32,000 bases of DNA from contig JAPZUF010000004.1 in assembly GCA_027533395.1 (NCBI GenBank), positions 205,304 to 237,303 of the forward strand, read 5' to 3'. Each line of letters opens with the position of its first letter. Positions within the stretch are counted from its first letter, which is position 1. The translations under genes and the position numbers were made by a program. The DNA is from Cyclobacteriaceae bacterium. Lineage in GTDB: Bacteria; Bacteroidota; Bacteroidia; Cytophagales; Cyclobacteriaceae. This document shows positions 23,026-32,000 of the stretch, piece by piece. Below the pieces are notes generated by a model. It saw nothing but the letters and a program-made list of their open reading frames with translations. It ran no database searches and was not told the origin of the DNA.

Positions 23026-25476
23026 CTATAATTTAATTGTTACCATCGCTAAAAAGTGTGTGCCAGCTTGCGGATAAAAGAAGTTTTCGCGGAAGGTGGC
23101 CGAACCGGCTAAAAAGCCATAAGTATATCCATTCGATTCGTATTCTTCATTCAGTAAATTATTTACCAATAAACTGAAATCAATCCCTGATACAAACTTA
23201 GGTTGTATCGAATAACTGATGCGTAAATCATTCACAAAGAACGCATCTATTTTTCTGTTGTTGTTGGAGGTATTATCTAAAAACTGTTCGCCCACATATT
23301 TACTTAACCAGGCAACTTCTGCACCTTTGGCAAACTGATAGCTCAACACAGAGCCTGCAATAACAGTTGGCGAAAATGAAATATCGGTGTTGGTATAAGT
23401 AGTACGAATTTCTGCTGGCGTTGCTAAAGAAAAATCTTCTCCATAATCGTATACTACTTCTTCAAAATTTCTGATTTTATTTTCGCTTAAAGTTGCATTG
23501 GCTTGCCAGTTTATTTTCTTGCTGATTTGCCAGTTAGTTTCAATTTCAATTCCGGCCCGGTAACTATTGGCTACATTGGTTCGCACGGGGGCGCCTACAT
23601 CATTTAAAGCTCCTGTTAATACCAACTGATTGTTGTAATCCATGTAATACACATTGGCATTTATACCCACATTGTTTTTTTGCCAGCGCATGCCACCTTC
23701 GTAATTAATTAAGTTTTCGCTTTTAGGTGTACTGCCGGGGTTATCAACAAAATCATCGCGTACAGGTTCGCGGTTTGCAACAGCTATAGAAGCATATAGC
23801 TGATAGTTGTTTCCGAAATAACTAATGCCGGCTTTCGGGTTAAAGAAGTTAAAGTCAGTATCAACAGCAATGTTGCGCTGTCTGTTTTCTATACCCTTGG
23901 CATTATACCCAACATGTCTATATTGTAAGTCTACAAAGGCGCTTAAAGCTGAAGAGAAGCGATAAGTTGTTTTGTTATATATGTTAAAATCTTTTTTATC
24001 GCCAACATTAAAATAATACTGATGGCCTGATGGTCTATTGATTACTTCTGCCCAAATAATCTCTCCGAAATGATCACCCGAATATGTATTCCATCCGCCT
24101 CCGGTTATGTTTTGCAAGTATTGATTATCGTATTGCAAGGAAAAAGTTAATCCATAGAAATCATTATCGAGCCAGCGTCTTCTTACCAAATCAACACTTT
24201 CAACTAAGGAATCGCCAATGTTAATAGGTTGTAAACCATAGTCGGCTAAATCATTTTTATACCGATACTCTTCATAATATCCTTTACCTTTTGTGTAGTG
24301 CAAAGAAACATTGGCTGTTAAAAAATTAGAAAGGCTTTGTGACACATGCACTTGATAATGATTTTGCTGGTAGTTATCAACCTGATCGGGATATAGATAG
24401 GGATTAAAAGTTCGGCTATTAGAATTTAGTAGATTATCAATTTGTGCATCGCTCCATCCTTCGTTACCTGCCGTTACCAACATGGCTTCGGTATCGTTAT
24501 TCAATCTAGACTGAGGCACGCCAGCCCAGCTTTGAAAGGTACGTTCTCTTCCACCAAAAACAAGAGCGCGCACGATGGTTTTATTTTTATAATAACCTCC
24601 TGAGAAATAATACGATTGTAAATCAGAAGATGCACGATCGATGAAACCATCGGAAAGTAAATACGAAAATCTTCCATCGAAAGTAAAATTATTTTCCAGC
24701 AAACCAGTGCCTAAGCGAATGGTGTGCCTGCGTGTATTAAACATACCTGCTGCTTGTACTAATTCAGCATAAGGTTTTTCGTGCAGTGTATTGGTTTGTA
24801 AATTAATGGAGGCACCAAAGGCACTTCCGCCATTAGTAGAAGTACCCACACCACGTTGCACCTGTATGCTTTCGGTAGAAGAAGCAATGTCGGGTAAGTT
24901 CACCCAGAAAGTTCCTTGCGATTCGCTGTCATTATACGGAATGCCATTTAGCGTAACGTTAATACGCGTGGCATCGCTCCCGCGAATGCGCACACCGGTG
25001 TAACCAATTCCATTGCCGGCATCTGAAGTCGTTACTAAAGAAGGCGACCAGTTGAGCAGAAAAGGCAAATCTTGCCCAAAGTTTTGTTTTTGAATTACTT
25101 CCTTACCGATGTTGGTAAATGTTGTAGGGGCATCTTCTTCTGCTCTTGTGGCGCGGATGATAACTTCATCTGTTAACGTAATACCTTCCGTTAACTCAAC
25201 AATTAAAGGAGATGTTACAGGTAAACTGATTACTACTTTTTTGTTTTCGTAACCAACATAGCGAACGAGTAAGGTTTGTTTGCCATTATTTACATCATCA
25301 ATGATAGCAACACCTGTTGCATTAGTAACGAATACTTTATTTCGTTCCAAAAGCGAAACAGTGGCACCACTTAAGGGTTCCTTACTTTGCGCATTGCGCA
25401 CAAGTACTTCTACGTGTTGTGTATACACAACATGTGTTAACAGCATCATGGCTGTCCAAAAAGAAAATTTTAACAT
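23026..25476 (-). CDS. TonB-dependent receptor with an N-terminal carboxypeptidase-regulatory-like domain, under TPP riboswitch control (likely thiamine or thiamine-precursor uptake)
   Basis: 816-aa ORF. After the signal peptide comes a CarbopepD_reg-like segment (VLVRNAQSKEPLSGATVSL...), then a plug (VQRGVGTSTNGGSAFGASINL), then a beta-barrel. A THI-box lies in the 5' leader. Confidence 0.85.
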   Translation of the reverse strand: MLKFSFWTAMMLLTHVVYTQHVEVLVRNAQSKEPLSGATVSLLERNKVFVTNATGVAIIDDVNNGKQTLLVRYVGYENKKVVISLPVTSPLIVELTEGITLTDEVIIRATRAEEDAPTTFTNIGKEVIQKQNFGQDLPFLLNWSPSLVTTSDAGNGIGYTGVRIRGSDATRINVTLNGIPYNDSESQGTFWVNLPDIASSTESIQVQRGVGTSTNGGSAFGASINLQTNTLHEKPYAELVQAAGMFNTRRHTIRLGTGLLENNFTFDGRFSYLLSDGFIDRASSDLQSYYFSGGYYKNKTIVRALVFGGRERTFQSWAGVPQSRLNNDTEAMLVTAGNEGWSDAQIDNLLNSNSRTFNPYLYPDQVDNYQQNHYQVHVSQSLSNFLTANVSLHYTKGKGYYEEYRYKNDLADYGLQPINIGDSLVESVDLVRRRWLDNDFYGLTFSLQYDNQYLQNITGGGWNTYSGDHFGEIIWAEVINRPSGHQYYFNVGDKKDFNIYNKTTYRFSSALSAFVDLQYRHVGYNAKGIENRQRNIAVDTDFNFFNPKAGISYFGNNYQLYASIAVANREPVRDDFVDNPGSTPKSENLINYEGGMRWQKNNVGINANVYYMDYNNQLVLTGALNDVGAPVRTNVANSYRAGIEIETNWQISKKINWQANATLSENKIRNFEEVVYDYGEDFSLATPAEIRTTYTNTDISFSPTVIAGSVLSYQFAKGAEVAWLSKYVGEQFLDNTSNNNRKIDAFFVNDLRISYSIQPKFVSGIDFSLLVNNLLNEEYESNGYTYGFLAGSATFRENFFYPQAGTHFLAMVTIKL

Positions 25477-25534
25477 GGTTTTAAAAAGGTTAAACCTGCA
25501 GGTACATCGGGGAATGTACCCCTGCGTACGTTTA

Positions 25535-25625
25535 ACATTGCCTATCCCTTCGGCCGCATTACCGGCATCAGGTTCATTGGGTATGATCTCAGCCCGAAAT
25601 ATTAAGGCACCCCTTGCTCTGTTTT
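25535..25625 (-). promoter_or_regulatory. TPP (THI-box) riboswitch aptamer
   Basis: The minus strand reads GGGGTGCC-ttaatatttcG-GGCTGAGAT-cat-ACCC-aat-GAACCTGAT-gccGGTAATGCggcc-GAAGGGA. This is the conserved THI-element core (GGGGUGC, CUGAGA, ACCC, GAACCUGAU, UAAUGC, AGGGA). The downstream hairpin at 25498-25525 plus a T-rich stretch may be the expression platform. Confidence 0.85.
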
Positions 25626-25637
25626 ACCAAAGCGATG

Positions 25638-25670
25638 CAAATGTAAATGATTGAAAGGAAATAAAACAAA
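25638..25670 (-). promoter_or_regulatory. Bacteroidota sigma-A type promoter for the riboswitch-receptor transcript
   Basis: The minus strand reads TTTG (25667-25670) -N21- TACATTTG (25638-25645), matching -33 TTTG / -7 TAnnTTTG. It lies just upstream of the aptamer. Confidence 0.55.
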
Positions 25671-25773
25671 TATGAACAGTATATAAGTTTTGATAAGTTA
25701 GTTTTATAAAGAGTGATTTTAAATTTAGGGGTACAGGTATTAACTACCGATAAACCACTAATATCTAAAGTAT

Positions 25774-26412
25774 TCAAACCAACAAATACAATACTGCAAA
25801 AAAATGACAAATACTTCCGGCCAGAACAAACATATGCCAGATGCTATGATTGTACAACCATCGTTCTTTTAAAAAGAAATACGTTCCGCCTGTGTAAGCA
25901 ACTCCGCCTAGAATTAACCATGTAAAACAAGCTGTACTAACGCTCTCGTATAAGGGCTTAATAGCAAGTAATACAACCCACCCCATACCTACGTAAAAAT
26001 AAGTGGAGAGCCGAACATATCGGCCAACTGAAATAGATTTAACAACTGTGCCTCCAATGGCTAATGCCCATACCACGCCAAACATTGTCCAGCCAATCCA
26101 GCCACGTAATGCGGTTAAGCAAAATGGTGTGTATGTTCCGGCAATCAACCAATAAATCGCGATGTGATCGAGTTTATGAAAAATACGTTTGGCTGCATCA
26201 AACGGAATGCTGTGATATAGTGTAGATGCAAAATAAAGTGCGACTAGTGTAAAACCAAAAACTGAAAAACTTACGATGTGCCACACTGTTCCATGTAAAC
26301 TTGCTTGTACAATCAGTAAAACCAATGCAGCTATAGCAAGTAAAGCACCAATACCATGCGTAATGGCATTGGCGATTTCTTCTTTTATTAAAATGTGTTT
26401 TTCTCTTTCCAT
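25774..26412 (-). CDS. Hemolysin III / PAQR-family membrane protein
   Basis: 212-aa ORF with seven TM segments. EEIANAITHGIG, STLYHS and HMFVLAGSICHF are family motifs. Its ATG shares one base with the era stop (TAATG). Confidence 0.85.
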   Translation of the reverse strand: MEREKHILIKEEIANAITHGIGALLAIAALVLLIVQASLHGTVWHIVSFSVFGFTLVALYFASTLYHSIPFDAAKRIFHKLDHIAIYWLIAGTYTPFCLTALRGWIGWTMFGVVWALAIGGTVVKSISVGRYVRLSTYFYVGMGWVVLLAIKPLYESVSTACFTWLILGGVAYTGGTYFFLKERWLYNHSIWHMFVLAGSICHFFAVLYLLV

Positions 26413-27296
26413 TAATCGAAGTAGCCGAATTGTTTTAGTTTAAATCTTTCTTTTCTCCAATTGTCGGCCACCTTAACATGAGTTTCTAGATGTATTTTTT
26501 TTCTGAAGAAAGATTCCATGTCTTTGCGTGCTTCGATGCCAACTTTTTTCAAAGAGCTTCCACCTTTGCCAATTAATATACCTTTTTGCGAATCACGCTC
26601 TACAAATATTAAGGCGCGAATGCGGATGATGTCTTCTGCTTCTTTAAACGATTCTATGGTTACTTCTGCACTGTAAGGAATTTCTTGCTCGTAGTTCATG
26701 AATATTTTTTCGCGAATTATTTCAGCCGCAAAAAAACGCTCCGAACGATCAGTTAAATCATCAGTAGGAAAGTAGGGTGGATGAACCGGAAGTTTTGCCG
26801 ATACAGTAGGTAAAATTTTATCGGTGTTTATTTTTTTCATCGCACTTACCGGTATGGCCTCTGTTACTACGGGGCACTGCGTTTTCCAATAAGCAATTTT
26901 TTCATCAATCTCTTTTTGCTCTTTTGCTAAATCAATTTTATTCAACAAAAGAATAACCGGGCATTTCAGTTTATTGATTTTATCAATCATGTATGCTTCG
27001 GGTTGGTCATCCCAGGCGATCACGAGCAACACGACATCTGCATCTTCCAACGACACCTTAACGAAATTCATCATGGCTTCGTGTAAAGCATATTTTGGTT
27101 CCAGCAAGCCGGGGGTATCACTATACACAATTTGCATGTCGCTTGTGTTGATCATGCCCATGATGCGGTGGCGAGTAGTTTGTGCTTTTGGCGTAACTAT
27201 GGAAAGATTTTCGCCAATCAAAACATTCATCAAAGATGATTTTCCGGCATTGGGTTTTCCAATTATGCTTACGAAACCTGATTTAAATTCTGTCAT
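26412..27296 (-). CDS. era: GTPase Era
   Basis: 294-aa ORF with G1 GKPNAGKSS, G3 DTPG, G4 NKID and a C-terminal KH domain (ILIGKGGSSLKKVG). Confidence 0.95.
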   Translation of the reverse strand: MTEFKSGFVSIIGKPNAGKSSLMNVLIGENLSIVTPKAQTTRHRIMGMINTSDMQIVYSDTPGLLEPKYALHEAMMNFVKVSLEDADVVLLVIAWDDQPEAYMIDKINKLKCPVILLLNKIDLAKEQKEIDEKIAYWKTQCPVVTEAIPVSAMKKINTDKILPTVSAKLPVHPPYFPTDDLTDRSERFFAAEIIREKIFMNYEQEIPYSAEVTIESFKEAEDIIRIRALIFVERDSQKGILIGKGGSSLKKVGIEARKDMESFFRKKIHLETHVKVADNWRKERFKLKQFGYFD

Positions 27297-27398
27297 TCAC
27301 TTATTTTAAAATACAATACTCGATAAATGGAGTTGGCTACCAAATAAGATTGAAGTTACTTTATCTCCTTAAATTTATCTTCTTTTACAAAGGTACGA

Positions 27399-27430
27399 TT
27401 TGTTTTTGTGGCATGTTCGTTCTACTTTTG
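27399..27430 (+). promoter_or_regulatory. Candidate promoter of the tRNA-fMet gene
   Basis: TTTG (27399-27402) -N20- TACTTTTG (27423-27430). A divergent -7-like box TACCTTTG on the minus strand (27388-27395) may serve era. Confidence 0.5.
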
Positions 27431-27516
27431 CACTCACATCGCAGGAAGGTGTCCTGATAATTCAAAAAGGAAATTCTCGTTAGTTATGTCTCGAGAAAAC
27501 GAAAGCGATGGAACAT

Positions 27517-27589
<73 letters not shown>

Positions 27590-27599
27590 CTCGAAGAAA

Positions 27600-27630
27600 A
27601 GAGCGATATTCGTATCGCTCTTTTTATTTT
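27600..27630 (+). terminator. Intrinsic terminator after the tRNA
   Basis: Stem AGAGCGATA / TATCGCTCT with loop TTCG, followed by TTTTTATTTT. Confidence 0.8.
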
Positions 27631-27642
27631 AAGATAATCCTT

Positions 27643-28953
27643 ATGGCAAACATTGTAGCAATAGTTGGACGACCAAACGTTGGCAAGTCAACACTTTTCA
27701 ATAGACTCGTTGAAAAACGCGAAGCCATTATGGACGATGAATCGGGCGTTACGCGCGACCGCCACTATGGGTATGCCGAGTGGATCGGTAAATATTTTAC
27801 CGTAATTGATACCGGTGGATACGTTACTGGTTCAGAAGATAAATTTGAGAGCGAAATTCGCAAACAAGTTAAGTTGGCTATTGATGAAGCTACTGCTTTG
27901 ATTTTTCTGGTTGATACACGTGATGGTGTAACAGGCATGGATAAAGATTTTGCGAACGTGTTGCGTACAACCAAAAAGCCAATTTTCATAGCTGCTAATA
28001 AAACCGATACGCCTGATAAGTCTTTACTTGCAAATGAATTTTATGAGCTGGGTTTAGATGCACCCATCTACCCGGTATCGGCAGAAAATGGAAGTGGCAC
28101 CGGAGAGCTGTTGGATGATTTGGTGAAAACATTTCAAACAGATGGCGTGGAAGATCCAAACGCTGGCATTCCTAAGATTGCCATTTTAGGAAGACCTAAC
28201 GTTGGTAAATCTTCTCTGCTCAATGCTTTATTAGGAGAAGATAGAAGTATTGTTACCGATGAGGCTGGCACTACGCGCGATTCTATCCACTCGCATTATA
28301 AGATGTTTGGTAAGAACTTTATTTTGATTGATACTGCCGGCATCAGGAAAAAAGGAAAAGTAAAAGATGATATAGAATTCTATTCTGTACTTCGCTCACT
28401 GCGTGCATTGGAAGAATCGGATGTTGTGATAGTGGTAATTGATGCCCAACAAGGCATGGAATCGCAAGATGTAAACCTTATTAGTTTGGCCGAAAGACAA
28501 GGCAAAGGCATTGTAATTATGGTAAACAAATGGGATTTGATTGAGAAGGATACTAAAACAGCCGAGAAGTTTAGAAAGGATATGATGGAACGCCTTGCGC
28601 CCATCGATTACATTCCAATGATTTTTTCTTCAGTATTAGAAAAACAGAGAATCTTTCAGGTGGTAGAAAAAGCCATGAAAGTATACGAAAACAAGAGCAA
28701 GAAAATACCAACAAGCAAGTTAAACGATGTATTACTGCGCGAAATCCAGCACAATCCTCCGGCTTCGGCACGAGGTAAATTTGTGCAGATTAAATATGTT
28801 ACACAGGTTGTAGCGCGGTTTCCATCGTTTGCGTTCTTTACCAACATGCCGCAGTTCATTCAACCTTCGTACGAAAGGTTTCTTGAAAATAAAATCCGCG
28901 ATCATTTCGACTTCGAAGGTGTTCCCGTGAGGCTTATTTTCAGAAAAAAATAA
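27643..28953 (+). CDS. der: Ribosome-associated GTPase Der (EngA), two tandem GTPase domains plus a KH-like domain
   Basis: Starts MANIVAIVGRPNVGKSTLFNRL. The second G domain is KIAILGRPNVGKSSLLNAL, with DTGG/DTAG and NKTD/NKWD motifs. The start is set at codon 46 of the track ORF, because codons 1-45 cover the tRNA and its terminator. Confidence 0.95.
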   Translation: MANIVAIVGRPNVGKSTLFNRLVEKREAIMDDESGVTRDRHYGYAEWIGKYFTVIDTGGYVTGSEDKFESEIRKQVKLAIDEATALIFLVDTRDGVTGMDKDFANVLRTTKKPIFIAANKTDTPDKSLLANEFYELGLDAPIYPVSAENGSGTGELLDDLVKTFQTDGVEDPNAGIPKIAILGRPNVGKSSLLNALLGEDRSIVTDEAGTTRDSIHSHYKMFGKNFILIDTAGIRKKGKVKDDIEFYSVLRSLRALEESDVVIVVIDAQQGMESQDVNLISLAERQGKGIVIMVNKWDLIEKDTKTAEKFRKDMMERLAPIDYIPMIFSSVLEKQRIFQVVEKAMKVYENKSKKIPTSKLNDVLLREIQHNPPASARGKFVQIKYVTQVVARFPSFAFFTNMPQFIQPSYERFLENKIRDHFDFEGVPVRLIFRKK

Positions 28954-29024
28954 ATTTTCTTACGCAATAGTGTGTTGAGTGCAGAAAGCGATTATCTTTG
29001 CGCCAAATTAAATACCTGTAAACT

Positions 29025-29216
29025 ATGAAAAAAGTATTCGCACTTGTAGCTGTAGCAGCTTTCGCAGTTGCTTTCGCAGCTTGTGGTGGAAAGAAAGTTG
29101 AAGAAGCCGCTGCAACAGTAGATTCTACTGCTGCTGCTGTTGTTGATTCAGCTGCTACTGTAGTTGACTCTGCTGCTGCTGTTGTTGATTCAGCTGCTGC
29201 TGTAGTTGCTCAGTAA
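29025..29216 (+). CDS. Small repeat-containing lipoprotein
   Basis: 63-aa ORF with a signal peptide and lipobox FAACG, then four 7-residue repeats (VDS[AT]AA[AT]V). The -7-like box TATCTTTG at 28993-29000 lies upstream and a strong terminator lies downstream. Confidence 0.6.
   Translation: MKKVFALVAVAAFAVAFAACGGKKVEEAAATVDSTAAAVVDSAATVVDSAAAVVDSAAAVVAQ
29118..29210 (+). repeat. In-frame 21-bp tandem repeat, about 4.4 copies
   Basis: The unit GTTGATTCAGCTGCTGCTGTA and close variants are repeated head to tail inside the lipoprotein ORF. Confidence 0.7.
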
Positions 29217-29244
29217 TCAATCGACATTCGATTGCATTCCCGGG

Positions 29245-29273
29245 AAGGCTTTAGAATTCTAAAGCCTTTTTTT
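29245..29273 (+). terminator. Intrinsic terminator
   Basis: Perfect 24-nt palindrome AAGGCTTTAGAATTCTAAAGCCTT followed by TTTTT. Confidence 0.8.
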
Positions 29274-29309
29274 ATTGCCTTTTTCTAAGCAGATTTCTTT
29301 CTTTACTGC

Positions 29310-29951
29310 ATGAAGGTTCGTAGCGCGCAAAGTGTAAGGTCGGTTTTAGAACAATACATTCTTTCACCTTCAGTTGATTTTGCTTTCGCATTGTGGCAAC
29401 ACTTTCCGTTTACTTTACAGATTACCAAAAGCCGGCAAACTAAGGTTGGCGATTTTCGCTGTCAACACCACTCAACAAATGCTACCATCACCATTAACCA
29501 GGATTTAAACCCTTATGTTTTTCTACTAACATACGTTCATGAGGTGGCACATCATCATACTCATTTGCAATTTGGTCATAAAGTGGAGGCGCATGGCAAA
29601 GAATGGAAAGAGATGTTCATGCATTTAATGCAGCCCTTACTACAGGAAAATCATTTTCCTGTAGAAATCTTACATCCATTAAAAGCACACATGCAAAATC
29701 CGAAGGCAAGTTCTTTTTCAGACTCAACTCTTACACAAGCGTTAAGATTATTCGACAAAAATCAGAAATCGATTGTGCTATTATCATCTATTCCAACCGG
29801 AAGTATTTTTCAATTACAAGGCCGATATTTTAAAAAAGGAAAATTGCGCAGGACGCGTGTGTTATGTGAAGAACTAAAATCGAAGAGACAATACTTAGTA
29901 CCGGTAGATGCACCGGTATCTGATGTTCAATTATCGATGTTAAATTTTTAG
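29310..29951 (+). CDS. SprT-like zinc metalloprotease-domain protein
   Basis: 213-aa ORF with TKSRQTKVGDFR, INQDLNPYVFLLTYVHEVAHHH (HExxH) and AHGKEWKEMF, typical of SprT-like domain proteins. Confidence 0.7.
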   Translation: MKVRSAQSVRSVLEQYILSPSVDFAFALWQHFPFTLQITKSRQTKVGDFRCQHHSTNATITINQDLNPYVFLLTYVHEVAHHHTHLQFGHKVEAHGKEWKEMFMHLMQPLLQENHFPVEILHPLKAHMQNPKASSFSDSTLTQALRLFDKNQKSIVLLSSIPTGSIFQLQGRYFKKGKLRRTRVLCEELKSKRQYLVPVDAPVSDVQLSMLNF

Positions 29952-30520
29952 CCCGGCAATAACCTGCGGTTGATTAAACTTTCGATATGATGATAAAGGG
30001 TTAATGGTTTAAACGTGCGCCAATTTTCAATTTCCAAAGTTCCACCCATGTTGATGTACCTGTCGATACCGTACTTACTCATTTCTTGTTGCACGTGTAG
30101 AGGAAAATTTATCGAAGCAATCCATCCGTCATCTAATTCATCAAACCATTCTTCATAATAACTATCATCGGAGCTATGAAAATTAAAAATGTTTTCACCA
30201 ATTAAAATAAATTTATCGATTCCTTCGTGCTGCAATAATTCTAATAAGTCGCGCTTGAACGTCATGATGTCGTTGTAAAGCGTATCGTTCCATTCTCCAA
30301 TTAATTCAAGAATGGCAAAACCTGAGCCATAATGCGCGAATAAAATTTTAACATATAAAGTTTCTGAACCAAAAAAATCCCAGGCAGGATCGATATAATA
30401 ACCATAGATGGTTTCTGCATATACATCATAGTTATATTCTTTGCCATAAAAAGGCGAGCGCTCATCGAAAGATGAATCATAAACAGATAACCAACGATCG
30501 AAGGGTACGATGGTGTGCAT
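29948..30520 (-). CDS. Hypothetical acidic/aromatic-rich protein, apparently co-transcribed with murQ and anmK
   Basis: 190-aa ORF with no signal peptide. Its start lies 1 nt after the anmK stop. No family recognised. Confidence 0.6.
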   Translation of the reverse strand: MHTIVPFDRWLSVYDSSFDERSPFYGKEYNYDVYAETIYGYYIDPAWDFFGSETLYVKILFAHYGSGFAILELIGEWNDTLYNDIMTFKRDLLELLQHEGIDKFILIGENIFNFHSSDDSYYEEWFDELDDGWIASINFPLHVQQEMSKYGIDRYINMGGTLEIENWRTFKPLTLYHHIESLINRRLLPG

Positions 30521-30521
30521 G

Positions 30522-31706
30522 TTAATAAGGCAAAGAAATTTTTCCCATAGTGTAAGGTTTTACTTTACCGATGGAAATTGTGTTGCCACATAAAGTTTCG
30601 TTCGCCAACGTGGCAAATAAAATGGCTTCTTTCGCATCCGGATTAAAACCTAGTTTTTCTACATTTTCAACAACATTGCCGGGCAATTGTTTTTTAATTT
30701 CTTGCATTAGTGTTGGATTATGGGCACCGCCACCGCTCAGGTAAACTTTACATTTTTTATTTTTTGTGACGGATGATATTTGTTTACACAAAGTAAAAGC
30801 TGTGAAATAAGTAAGCGTGGCCATCACATCGTAAAAATGCAAATGTTGTGTTGCTGATGCTTGCTGTGCTTTTTTTAAATAGGCTAAATTGAATAACTCA
30901 GGTCCTGTTGTTTTGGGTAAACTTTGTTTAAAGAACGAATGGTTAAGCAAAGCTTTCAATAAATTTTTATTTACACTTCCTGAGGCTGCATATTGTCCAT
31001 CTAAATCATAACTCTCGCCTTTAACTGTTGCCTGTACCAATTGGTCGAGCAAAGTATTACCTGGCCCGGTATCGCTTACCATGATTTCTTTTGTTTTTCC
31101 ATTGCCTGGCAGAAAAGTAAAATTAGCGATGCCACCTAAGTTCACTAAAATTCTATTTTCATTTTTTTTAGTAAACAATAAGTAATCGCCATAAGCAGCA
31201 AGAGGTGCGCCTTCGCCACCGGCAGCAATGTGTTTTTGTCTGAAATCACTGATGGTTAAAATTCCGGTTGCCACTGCCAGGTGGTCGCCATCACCAATTT
31301 GCAAGGTACTATTATATTCCGCATGAGGAAAAAGCGATTGAGGTGCATGAAAAACTGTTTGCCCGTGCGAAGCAAGACAAGTAATATGCTCTTTTTTCAC
31401 TTTCCACTTTTTTAATGTTTTTAAAACCAGATTAGCATGTAGCTGAGCGATATGTACATTGAGTGTGCTCAACTTTTGAAAATTCACCAAAGGTTGAGCA
31501 AAAACTTCGCGTATTCTTTTTTTTACTTCATTGGAATAGGCTACTGTTTCGAAAGCCTGAACACGACATTTTGTTTTAATTCCGTAACCTGAAAATTCGC
31601 ATAAAGCAATGTCTAAACCGTCTAGCGAAGTGCCGGACATCAATCCAACAATCAGTTTTTTACTTTTTGGATTGAATGCGTGTAGCAGCGCGTTATTTTT
31701 TTTCAT
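30522..31706 (-). CDS. anmK: Anhydro-N-acetylmuramic acid kinase
   Basis: [28 protein letters not shown] and LSGGGAHN motifs. The start is taken at MKKNNALL (31706), overlapping the murQ stop by 14 nt. The track start at 31742 would overlap murQ by 50 nt. Confidence 0.9.
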   Translation of the reverse strand: MKKNNALLHAFNPKSKKLIVGLMSGTSLDGLDIALCEFSGYGIKTKCRVQAFETVAYSNEVKKRIREVFAQPLVNFQKLSTLNVHIAQLHANLVLKTLKKWKVKKEHITCLASHGQTVFHAPQSLFPHAEYNSTLQIGDGDHLAVATGILTISDFRQKHIAAGGEGAPLAAYGDYLLFTKKNENRILVNLGGIANFTFLPGNGKTKEIMVSDTGPGNTLLDQLVQATVKGESYDLDGQYAASGSVNKNLLKALLNHSFFKQSLPKTTGPELFNLAYLKKAQQASATQHLHFYDVMATLTYFTAFTLCKQISSVTKNKKCKVYLSGGGAHNPTLMQEIKKQLPGNVVENVEKLGFNPDAKEAILFATLANETLCGNTISIGKVKPYTMGKISLPY

Positions 31707-32000
31707 GTTGATAGGCTTCAATGGCTTTGCGTACCGAGCCATGTTGGTTTAATAAACCTTCTGCAGTTGTGGCATCTACACCGGTTTCTTCACAAATCAT
31801 GTTGATGCCACGCTTAACTAGTTTATTATTGGTAAGCATCATGTCTATCATTTTGTTTCCTTTTACTTTGCCGAGCTTAATCATCACCGTAGTGCTAATC
31901 ATGTTCAACACTAACTTTTGTGCGGTGCCGGCTTTCATGCGCGTGCTTCCGGTTACAAACTCTGGTCCAACTTCTATTTCGATGGCGTAATCAACTTCTT
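31693..32000 (-). CDS. murQ: N-acetylmuramic acid 6-phosphate etherase, C-terminal part; the gene runs off the right edge
   Basis: [43 protein letters not shown] is the conserved C-terminal region of MurQ (SIS domain). The reading frame stays open to position 32000. Confidence 0.85.
   Translation of the reverse strand, partial: EVDYAIEIEVGPEFVTGSTRMKAGTAQKLVLNMISTTVMIKLGKVKGNKMIDMMLTNNKLVKRGINMICEETGVDATTAEGLLNQHGSVRKAIEAYQHEKK

Noticed and set aside
25280-25810. ORFs 25280..25654 (+), 25589..25810 (-) and 25713..25925 (+).
   Set aside because: They overlap the TonB-dependent receptor 5' end, the TPP riboswitch with its promoter, or the hemolysin III gene on the opposite strand. None has supporting motifs.

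Overview
This window reads as an ordinary chromosomal core region of a Bacteroidota genome (roughly 40% GC). The phylum call rests on several features: TAnnTTTG-type -7 promoter boxes, TonB-dependent receptors with a carboxypeptidase-regulatory-like N-terminus, a one-Cys DksA/TraR protein, an expanded NusB, and a GGGPS plus UbiA prenyltransferase pair. I support about 32 protein genes, mostly housekeeping: scpB, DksA-like, isoaspartyl peptidase, two thioredoxin-fold proteins, an NMO/FabK-like oxidoreductase, two TonB-dependent receptors, rlmI, a TPR histidine kinase, htrA, an ABC exporter, leucine dehydrogenase, nusB, an exonuclease/GIY-YIG fusion, purN, era, der, anmK and murQ. There is also one initiator tRNA-Met, one TPP riboswitch, and several intrinsic terminators and promoters. 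I see no CRISPR array, no transposase or integrase, no prophage and no recognisable defence island, and I do not claim a new multi-gene system. The observations most worth a second look are: (1) a GC-rich block of three back-to-back hairpins (12400-12504), an orphan ncRNA candidate in a long gap between convergent genes; (2) a five-gene, translationally coupled operon encoding both archaeal-type ether-lipid prenyltransferases with purN and two small membrane proteins between them; (3) four phased DnaA-box-like sites in a 295-bp AT-rich divergent intergenic region; (4) a TPP riboswitch driving a stand-alone TonB-dependent receptor; (5) a histone-H1-like K/A-rich tail fused to a DksA/TraR protein; (6) a DnaQ-exonuclease/GIY-YIG fusion with a UvrC-like Cys cluster; (7) a 26-nt palindromic terminator present in two 81%-identical copies. 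Motif-level coordinates were counted by hand and may be off by 1-2 nt.
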